Shown here piece by piece: positions 56,681 to 64,000 of a DNA stretch of 64,000 bases. Numbering within the stretch: the stretch's first letter is position 1; each line of letters opens with the position of its first letter. The stretch covers positions 192,001-256,000 of the forward strand of contig JAVLKG010000001.1 in assembly GCA_032128875.1 (NCBI GenBank), in the 5' to 3' direction. Source of the stretch: Candidatus Melainabacteria bacterium 17Bon1m (GTDB lineage: Bacteria; Cyanobacteriota; Vampirovibrionia; Obscuribacterales; Obscuribacteraceae). The translations under genes were made by a program, and so were the position numbers. The notes beneath the pieces were generated by a model. It was not told the origin of the DNA. It saw only the letters and a list, made by a program, of their open reading frames with translations, and did no database searches.

Positions 56681-56704
56681 GGGCGGCATTTTTGCCGCTC
56701 CTAC
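56681..56704 (-). repeat. GTAG-family REP-like palindrome
   Basis: Minus strand reads GTAGGAGCGGCAAAAATGCCGCCC. Confidence 0.7.
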
Positions 56705-56788
56705 AGAAAACAGAGCATTCGATGTGTGGCGCAGGTTGTGCTGCGCATACATTGAGCGGCGCATGCAATGCACCACCATTATTCCGTT

Positions 56789-58579
56789 CTATTGCGATTT
56801 CAGCTTGGTCAATCGGTCTTTCGCTTGACCAGCGCGGGGGTCAGAATCGCCTGCCAACTTCAGGAAGGTTTCTAATTCAGAAATCGCCTGTTCTTTCTCG
56901 CCGCTCTTTTCCAGAGAGTTGCTGAGCAAAAAGTGTGCATTCGGATCATTAGGCGCGAGCTTCACCGCTTCCTTATATGAGTTGCACGCTGGTACAACAT
57001 AACCTTGCACCATCAATGCGGAGCCAAGTGTTGTGCGTGCAGATGCTGACTTCGGGTCTAAGCGAACAGCTTCCTTTGCCTGCGCTGCGGATTGATCGAC
57101 TTCGCCGCTCTTCATGAGCCCATAGCTAAGACGCTCTCTCAAGTCTGCACGGGCAGGATACAGGTCGACTGCTTCTTCAAGGAAGCGAACCGACTCTTTC
57201 AACTGACCTGATGACATTGCCTTCTTCGAAAGTGCCATAAGCACTGTAGTGTCTTTAGGATTGATTGTGTAAGCCTGGTTGAGCTCCCGTAAGCTGTTTT
57301 CTGCATCGCCAAGTTTTTCTAAAATGCGAGCGTAGTTGAGGTGATAAAGTGCATCGTTCGGATTCGCTGCGATCGCGCGTTTTTGCAAATCGGCTGCGCC
57401 CTTCCAGTCACCTTTCAAAGCCAACGCTGTTCCATAGTCAGCGAGAGCATCAGCGTACTTTGGATCGGCAACGATAGCGAGTTTGTACTGCGCGAGCGCA
57501 TCTTCAATTTTTCCTTCCGCCATCGCCTTGCTGGCTTTCAGATAGGCGCCTTCAGCAGAGAGGAAAGAGGTTACAGAAGCCGGCAAATTCGCCACGCGCT
57601 CCGCAGGTGGTGTGCCCACTACGAGCTCTGTTCCTGTCCATGCGGATTTCATGAGTGGAACTTGCTTCTTGCGTGCATCTGCTGCGCCAGTTTCTTTTGA
57701 TGTTTTTTCTCTTGCGATTGCAAACGCTTTGTTCAATCCAATCAGTCCGTCTTCTTGCTTGAGCGCAGCGATGAGGTTGCGCGAGAACGCGCTGCTATGA
57801 GTAATTTCATTGGCTTGGCTGGAAGAGAGGATAATGAAGCCGTTGCCGAGCACCACCTTTTCCATGTCGACGTTGAATTGCTTTTTGACCGGCTCTAATG
57901 ATTTTGCGCCTTCATTCAAATTAGCTGCACCGCTATAACCTGCTTGCAATACGAGCAAGATTCTGTCGGAGTGAACGTTTTCCTTGAGCGAACTCATCAG
58001 TGACTGCATAGAAATGCAGGTGCCGTAGATGTTGTCGAGGGCGCAGTCGTAGGAGCATAGATAGGTGTTGCCGTCGGTTGTGGGAAAACTGCTAGTCGCG
58101 ATGTAGACAACAACGAGATCGTCTTTGCCAGCGGCATTACCGAGGAAGCTCGGACCAAGCGCCGTCGTGATGTTCTGCTTTTGTGCATCAGCATCAAGCA
58201 GCAGTCGTACGTGATTTGCATCGAAGCGACCACCGTGAGGATCTATTAGATATTGATAGAACTCTTTGGCAGACTGCGCCATGTCGTCTTCTTTGCCTGG
58301 ACTGAGGCGTCCTTCTTTGAACTTCGATGTTCCAATTACAACAGCCCACTTTTGTTTAATTGGTCTGTTGGTACCGCTTTTCGTAGGATTGAGATCTTGA
58401 ATCTGCGTAAATTCAACACCCTTCAACTTTGCTGTCGCGTTCGCGTCAGTTTTTGAAGTTAGGTCAGTAGTCGCTTGGCACCATGCGGGTAAGCAGCTTG
58501 TATTACCAAATGAATTTACGAGCATCAAAAGACTTGAGAAGCTCAGCAGTGCGGCGCGCTCAAAACGAAGTTTCAACAT
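56789..58579 (-). CDS. Secreted caspase-like (C14) domain plus TPR protein, catalytic dyad absent
   Basis: KWAVVIG, DDLVVVYIATSS (His site replaced), LLVLQAGYSG (DAC site replaced); multiple TPRs. Confidence 0.8.
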   Translation of the reverse strand: MLKLRFERAALLSFSSLLMLVNSFGNTSCLPAWCQATTDLTSKTDANATAKLKGVEFTQIQDLNPTKSGTNRPIKQKWAVVIGTSKFKEGRLSPGKEDDMAQSAKEFYQYLIDPHGGRFDANHVRLLLDADAQKQNITTALGPSFLGNAAGKDDLVVVYIATSSFPTTDGNTYLCSYDCALDNIYGTCISMQSLMSSLKENVHSDRILLVLQAGYSGAANLNEGAKSLEPVKKQFNVDMEKVVLGNGFIILSSSQANEITHSSAFSRNLIAALKQEDGLIGLNKAFAIAREKTSKETGAADARKKQVPLMKSAWTGTELVVGTPPAERVANLPASVTSFLSAEGAYLKASKAMAEGKIEDALAQYKLAIVADPKYADALADYGTALALKGDWKGAADLQKRAIAANPNDALYHLNYARILEKLGDAENSLRELNQAYTINPKDTTVLMALSKKAMSSGQLKESVRFLEEAVDLYPARADLRERLSYGLMKSGEVDQSAAQAKEAVRLDPKSASARTTLGSALMVQGYVVPACNSYKEAVKLAPNDPNAHFLLSNSLEKSGEKEQAISELETFLKLAGDSDPRAGQAKDRLTKLKSQ

Positions 58580-58599
58580 TTCTAGACCTATTTATTTGT

Positions 58600-60456
58600 T
58601 TATTTACCGTGGAACAACTGGATGCTTGCTGACACCATCTCACCGCTGTTCGAAGTCAGTCTTACGAGGCTGCTTCCTGCGGATGAGCTTGTCACCTGCG
58701 ATACAGGCGAGAAATCATCGGGGATCATTACTGGATTTGGGTCGTCCCAAGAGAGTTTCATGCGCGTTGAGCACACTTCTTTCTTGCCTTCTTCCTTCGG
58801 ACCTTTCGCGACTGCGTTGAAGCAGCTCAAATTTCCGCTACGGATCATTTCTGGCGTAATCGAGAACTTCTCTTGCCCAAACATCAGCCCCAAGCTTTCT
58901 GTGCCTGGGTTGCCGTCAAATTGCATCCAGCCTTCCGCCGGAATGGAGTAGTCCTTGCCGGGTTTCAAATAATTCTCTGTGCCATAGACCTGATTCGGGA
59001 AAAGCAAATCACTCTTACCGGTCGTGCTGGCTTTCATAACGAGATACGCATAACCTTCGCTTTCTGGAATCAGGTGAAAACGAATTGCATCCCCAGTTTT
59101 GAACTCCATTTTGTTATTGCAACGGAAGATCTTGCCGTTGCGATTGAGTTCAATCCAATAGCTGATTTTCGGTCGCGTATTTGTCGCGATACGATTCTTG
59201 AATTCGCCAGAACCTAGCGCGGGAAGCGCTGCCGGAGCGGGTGTTGCTGTCGGAGCATCCTTGTCATTGCCCTTGCCGGAGCCGTTTGCCGACCCGCTTC
59301 CGGTTGAAGTTGCGAGACCACTGCCGTTACCTGCTGACGAACCTGCACCAGAGTACTCTTCCTTTGATGCCACCACCGGTAGTTTGTCCTTAATACCAGT
59401 GATAGCAGGATCGAGCGATCCGATGTTTCTATCCATCCACGTCAGTACAAACTTGATGTCTTCCGGGTTGAACTGACCTTCTTCAAAGATCAAGTGCTCC
59501 GAGTTTTTGCTCAAAACCATTTGACGATTCGAAGTTGAAAGTCTTTCGAAGAGCTTCCATGTTCCTGCCGGACGAATGAGTTTGTCATTGCTCCCTTGAA
59601 TGAAGAGCACCGGTGTATTTGTCACCATCTCTGCGGCGTCAAGGTTGCGAGACATGAAAGAGTCGAGCTGGACAAATTCTTTCGGTGAAAAGTTGTTGCG
59701 CATCAACGGGTCGGTTTTCCACGTCTTGCGCAGCTCTTCTTTCTCAGAAATTTTGCTAACAACAGATGCGGCGGCGTCCGTCATTTGCTTGTTGAAACCG
59801 CCAAGCATTGTCTGAAAGCCGGCTTTCATGCCGACCTTACCGCCTTCGTCTCCGAGGCTAAAGCGATCTTTCGCTGGTACTGATGAAATCAAACCTGCAA
59901 CCAGCTCTGGGTAGAGCGCGGTGGTTCTCAATGCGATTGCTCCACCCATAGATTCACCGAGGACAATCACCGGCAGATCAGGATGATTCTTGTGAATCTT
60001 TTCGAGCGAAGCCTTGATGTCGGCGAGGCTGCCGTCAAAGTCCAGCTCAGTTTTGCCGTCAATTTCCTTACGCTCGCCGAATCCACGCATGTCGATCGCG
60101 TAAGTGGCAATGCCGTTTTTCGCCATCTCTTTACCGAAGGCGTCGTAGCATCCTTTGTGCATGCTGAAGCCATGAATGCACAACATCGCGATGCGCGGTT
60201 TTACTCCGGCGGGCGGCAGCCACGAAGCCATCGGCGCGGCTAGCGGCGCTGTGGTCGGAGTTTTAATTCTTTTGAAGGTGGCGTCACTTTCTTCCATCGG
60301 TGCAAATGACTTGCTGCCGTCGCCTGCATTAGCAGCCGGTAAGAAAGCGAATTGGCTGAGTGCCAAAACGCCGGACAAAGCCATGGTTAGAGTGCTTTTG
60401 CGATTACGCATTGTGCGTCTCCTGCGATTCATTTGAATTAGGCTTATTCGCCTCAA
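58600..60456 (-). CDS. Lysophospholipase-like alpha/beta hydrolase plus DUF4384-like domain, paralog 2
   Basis: CIHGFS, DMRGFG, GESMGG, QGSNDKL, EHLIFEE; FKTGDAIRF...GYAYL...LFP. The exact start is uncertain. Confidence 0.85.
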   Translation of the reverse strand: MRRISLIQMNRRRRTMRNRKSTLTMALSGVLALSQFAFLPAANAGDGSKSFAPMEESDATFKRIKTPTTAPLAAPMASWLPPAGVKPRIAMLCIHGFSMHKGCYDAFGKEMAKNGIATYAIDMRGFGERKEIDGKTELDFDGSLADIKASLEKIHKNHPDLPVIVLGESMGGAIALRTTALYPELVAGLISSVPAKDRFSLGDEGGKVGMKAGFQTMLGGFNKQMTDAAASVVSKISEKEELRKTWKTDPLMRNNFSPKEFVQLDSFMSRNLDAAEMVTNTPVLFIQGSNDKLIRPAGTWKLFERLSTSNRQMVLSKNSEHLIFEEGQFNPEDIKFVLTWMDRNIGSLDPAITGIKDKLPVVASKEEYSGAGSSAGNGSGLATSTGSGSANGSGKGNDKDAPTATPAPAALPALGSGEFKNRIATNTRPKISYWIELNRNGKIFRCNNKMEFKTGDAIRFHLIPESEGYAYLVMKASTTGKSDLLFPNQVYGTENYLKPGKDYSIPAEGWMQFDGNPGTESLGLMFGQEKFSITPEMIRSGNLSCFNAVAKGPKEEGKKEVCSTRMKLSWDDPNPVMIPDDFSPVSQVTSSSAGSSLVRLTSNSGEMVSASIQLFHGK

Positions 60457-60591
60457 TTCGTCCCAGTTGGTTCAATGGGTATCAATACGTCTTAGCTCGT
60501 GAAATTAGCAGAGCTGCGACCTCTTGAAAGCCGGTCTTGATGCTGTCCGAGACCAGCTTAGAAGGCTTGCCAGCATAACATATTGGCTGCT

Positions 60592-62424
60592 TTACTTCCC
60601 GTGCAAAAGCTGAATGTTTGCGGCTATCATTCCGCCGGATGTGGAAGTCAGACGGACCAAACTGCTTTCGCTCGCGCGCGCCACCTGGGTCATGGGTTTG
60701 AAGTCTTCGGGCAGCATCACCGGCATCGGATCGTCCCAGGTCAGTTTGAGCCGCGTTGGGCAGAGGTCTTTCGAGCCATCGTCGGTGGATGAAACCCACG
60801 CCGTCATTTGCCCGTTTTTAAGTGTCTCGGGGGTGACTGCCATAGCTTCCTTGCCGAAGACTAGCCCCAATTGCTCGGTCCCGGGGTTTGAGTCAAACGC
60901 CATCCAGCCTTGCGATGGAATCGGGTAATCCTGACCCTTGGTCAGGAAATTCTTCGAGCCGTACGTTTTGTTGGGAAACAGCACATCGCTCTTACCTGTC
61001 GAACTCGCTTTCATAACGAGATATGCGTAGCCATCGCTTTCCGGAATTAAGTGAAAGCGAATTGCGTCGCCGTTTTTGAATTCCATTTTGTTGTTGCAGC
61101 GAAAAACTTTTCCGCCTCTGTAAAGTTCGATCCAATAGCTAATCTTTGGACGTTCGTTTGTTTGGAGTTTGTTCTTGAATTGAAACTCTTCTTTTGGCTT
61201 TGGCAATTCTGCAGGAGCTAGCGATGCGATGCGGTTTTCGGAAGAACCATTTGCAAATGCGGAGCGATCGGTCGAGCCACCGTTCAAAACAGCAGCCATC
61301 ATTTCAACTTGTTCATTTGGATCTGTTGCACCAGAAGAATACTCAGCTTTCGATGCCACCACAGGTAGTTTCTCTTGCGAGTCGGCCATCACATCCAAAT
61401 GCGATATGTTGTTGTTTATCCACGACAAGACAAACTTCAAATCATCCTGCCTGTACTGCCCTTCTTCGAAGATCAAGTGTTCGGAGTTTTTACTCAAAAC
61501 CAATTGTCGATTCGGCGTGCCAAGGCGCTCAAAAAGTTTCCACGTACCGGCCGGGCGAATCAATTTGTCATTCGTACCTTGAATGAAAAGTACTGGCTTG
61601 TCCTTCACCATTGCTGCCGCTTCCAAATTCTTCGACATAAATCCGTCGAGCTGCACGAATTCTTTTGGCGAGAAATTTGTGCGCATCAAGGGGTCGTTAG
61701 TCCACTGTGCACGCACTTCTTCCTTGTCGGAAATCTTCTTTACCGCAGCCAACGCGGCATTATGCATGGTGCGACTGTATCCGCCGAAGATGGTCTGAAT
61801 TCCTGCCTTTTCGGCGAATTCTCGCTCTTCTTCACTCATGCCAAAGCGGTCGCGCGCCGGGACTGACGCAATGAGACCCGATACAAGATCAGGATAGAGC
61901 GCTGCCGCTCTCAATGCGATTGCGCCACCCATCGATTCGCCCAAAACAATCACCGGCAAACCGGGGTGCGTCTTGTGAATTTGCTGCAGCACAGCCTTGA
62001 TGTCCGCCATACTGCCTTCAAAATCTAGCTCCGTGTGAATGGCTTTGCTCTTCGACTCGCCGAAGCCGCGCAGGTCGAGGGCATAAACTGCGACGCCGTC
62101 CTTCGCCATAACTTTGCCGAAAGCATTGAAACAGCCCTTGTGCAAGCTGAAGCCGTGGATGCAGAGCATCGCAACCTGAGGTTTAACACCCGCTGGCGGT
62201 AACCAGGAAATCTGCGGCGCGCTTTTTGCCTCAGCTGTTGGAACGCGCAGGGTTTTCGACCCGTCGTCGGCGTTCGCTGCCCAGGCTGGGGCTGCCGTGC
62301 CCAGACCCAACAAACCATTCGTCCCTGCCAGGCTTAGCGCCGCAAACGCCGCAAGCGCGGGCTTTGTAAGTTTTTTACTAATGCTCACAACGATACCTTC
62401 TGGCGACAGGTCTCCGAAAGCCAC
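60592..62424 (-). CDS. Lysophospholipase-like alpha/beta hydrolase plus DUF4384-like domain, paralog 1
   Basis: Same motifs as the adjacent paralog (GESMGG, EHLIFEE, FKNGDAIRF). The exact start is uncertain. Confidence 0.85.
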   Translation of the reverse strand: MAFGDLSPEGIVVSISKKLTKPALAAFAALSLAGTNGLLGLGTAAPAWAANADDGSKTLRVPTAEAKSAPQISWLPPAGVKPQVAMLCIHGFSLHKGCFNAFGKVMAKDGVAVYALDLRGFGESKSKAIHTELDFEGSMADIKAVLQQIHKTHPGLPVIVLGESMGGAIALRAAALYPDLVSGLIASVPARDRFGMSEEEREFAEKAGIQTIFGGYSRTMHNAALAAVKKISDKEEVRAQWTNDPLMRTNFSPKEFVQLDGFMSKNLEAAAMVKDKPVLFIQGTNDKLIRPAGTWKLFERLGTPNRQLVLSKNSEHLIFEEGQYRQDDLKFVLSWINNNISHLDVMADSQEKLPVVASKAEYSSGATDPNEQVEMMAAVLNGGSTDRSAFANGSSENRIASLAPAELPKPKEEFQFKNKLQTNERPKISYWIELYRGGKVFRCNNKMEFKNGDAIRFHLIPESDGYAYLVMKASSTGKSDVLFPNKTYGSKNFLTKGQDYPIPSQGWMAFDSNPGTEQLGLVFGKEAMAVTPETLKNGQMTAWVSSTDDGSKDLCPTRLKLTWDDPMPVMLPEDFKPMTQVARASESSLVRLTSTSGGMIAANIQLLHGK

Positions 62425-62633
62425 AAAGTTGGCAAGACTTGATCTTATTACACATACTGCTAAAAGCCAATTTATTAGGGGCGTCTAGCCATTATTTTGG
62501 CCCTGTACCATGCGCTTGTGATTTCGGATGGACACATGAACAAAAGCGGCGAAGCTGTCTCCATAAAATAGAGAAACAACTTCGCCGCCGCCATTTAGCA
62601 ATTGATTGCTATTGTCTGAGTTCGGATTTCAGT

Positions 62634-63524
62634 CTAGGGAGATTGATACTGAAATTTCGTAATCGTCACGCGTTGTTCAGAACGCGGCTGTCCTTTCCCT
62701 TTCCTTCCATTTGGAACATAAAAATTGATATGCATTCGCTCATTTTTAGGGTCCGGAACTTTTGAACTTGAAATATCCTGCCAGCTAGCAAAAGCCTTTT
62801 TGACAGGGTAATCATTTTTCATTTCTTCAAAAGTAGGTTCGCCTGTGTAGATTCTGAAAAGGACATTGTTTTTGCTCCAGCTCATAAACGTGGTGAGTTT
62901 GTTCGTTCCATTTGGAATTTTGAATCTCTCGCCGCTTATGAGTTTTCCTCCATCAACTCTGGCGGGCTGCAGAGCAAATTGAGCGTTGTTTGGATCGTTT
63001 GTTTGCTGATAGCCTGCGATTGTCTCTAACAAATCAATTTCGCGGTGCACATTGTCTACGTTAGGATTACCTGCGGAAGCACCAAACTGATAGGTGAAGA
63101 TTCCCAGAATTACATTGTGGTCAAGATTCCCCAAGTCACTTCCTGTGACAGTCACTGCGTAATATCCAAATCCGAATCTTTCTTCCATAACTAATTCTGC
63201 AGTCAGTGGAGCGTCAGATGGTTGCGGGATGACCTTCAAGATCGGTCCATTTCCTGTTTGCTCAACAGTTTTTGTCGGGTCAAAAATTGAGTCAAATTGC
63301 GCATTATCACCCCAGACGTAATAGCCCTTCGTTCCGCGCTTGCCGTACTGATCAGGATCTTGTCCGAACCAATAGTCACCCCACCATTTCGTGTATCTAC
63401 CTTGCCCGTTGATTACTGAGGGTACTGTGTAGAAGTTGTGTTTGCCTTGATTGTATTGATTGTCGAGCCACCAATCTTCATCAAGGCCGACGTTTTCCAG
63501 GACTGATTCTTGTTGCGTAGACAT
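62634..63524 (-). CDS. GH16-like (ConA-fold) glycoside hydrolase
   Basis: REIDLLE matches the GH16 ExDxxE motif; FGFGYY, ILGIFTY; AGGAG RBS before ATG 63524; no signal peptide. Confidence 0.6.
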   Translation of the reverse strand: MSTQQESVLENVGLDEDWWLDNQYNQGKHNFYTVPSVINGQGRYTKWWGDYWFGQDPDQYGKRGTKGYYVWGDNAQFDSIFDPTKTVEQTGNGPILKVIPQPSDAPLTAELVMEERFGFGYYAVTVTGSDLGNLDHNVILGIFTYQFGASAGNPNVDNVHREIDLLETIAGYQQTNDPNNAQFALQPARVDGGKLISGERFKIPNGTNKLTTFMSWSKNNVLFRIYTGEPTFEEMKNDYPVKKAFASWQDISSSKVPDPKNERMHINFYVPNGRKGKGQPRSEQRVTITKFQYQSP

Positions 63525-64000
63525 TCTTTTTTCTCCTGTTAGGCAGCCCAAGTAGCACGAAGCTAGAACTCCGTGAGGGCGAAATTTATTTGCTGCGATT
63601 TGCTAGCGGTTACCGGGTGGAAAGTATAGTCGTAGGCATGCATAATAGTGCGCGCTGATTACGTGAATTAATCTGACCACCTTCCGCTGAAATCAGCTCA
63701 GAATGCCTATTCAGCAAGGATTTTGTGGAATATGGATGGTTGTCATTTACGCTAATCGGGTGATCGAAACGAATCTAGAGTGGGCAAACCATTTGGATGC
63801 TGCTAGCGGTTTTGGTAAGTTTCTACACCCAGATACGCGAACACCATTGGCGGCAGAGGACGGCGAACGCGAGTCTGGTGGAAACTTAATTAGCGAAGCG
63901 CTGGGAGCGCTGGGAGCGCCGGCGGCTCGCCGGCATTATTGTGATATCGATTTGTGCCAGCGGATAGTGGAGTTTTTTACGTTGGGCGCAAGTTCGTGCG

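Noticed and set aside
63782-63830. GGGCAAACC resembling a c-di-GMP-I riboswitch 5' end
   Set aside because: The downstream GNRA loop and GCAAA elements are absent.

Overview
This is a 64 kb, gene-dense bacterial chromosomal window of about 50% GC by eye. I found no rRNA, tRNA, CRISPR array, integrase or transposase. The gene repertoire (tandem MshEN-repeat proteins, Ser/Thr kinase-TPR, a giant annexin-repeat protein, DUF4384 hydrolases) suggests a non-photosynthetic Cyanobacteriota/Melainabacteria (Obscuribacterales-like) genome, but that assignment is inference only. The standout is an AT-rich, five-gene, RiPP-like operon at about 45045-49196. It encodes a stand-alone LanD/EpiD-type flavin Cys decarboxylase; a 236-aa precursor candidate built from a duplicated ~100-aa domain with a C-terminal tail ...NANPPIAWSKTTCC; an N-terminally extended radical SAM/SPASM enzyme; a divergent LpxL/LPLAT-type acyltransferase; and a minimal RIO/APH-like kinase. 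It lies inside a ~10 kb accessory segment bracketed by two paralogous MshEN-repeat genes, which also carries a type II toxin-antitoxin pair. Other notable items are a bacillithiol-type operon (bshA, bshB1) with a half-size BshC-like protein, PIG-L and SSS genes; a cluster of putative polymorphic effectors (annexin repeats plus HD-like domain, zincin, EEP nuclease) around a Ser/Thr kinase; a catalytically dead caspase-TPR protein; and dispersed GTAG-type REP palindromes. All family assignments come from motif recognition by eye; no searches were run.
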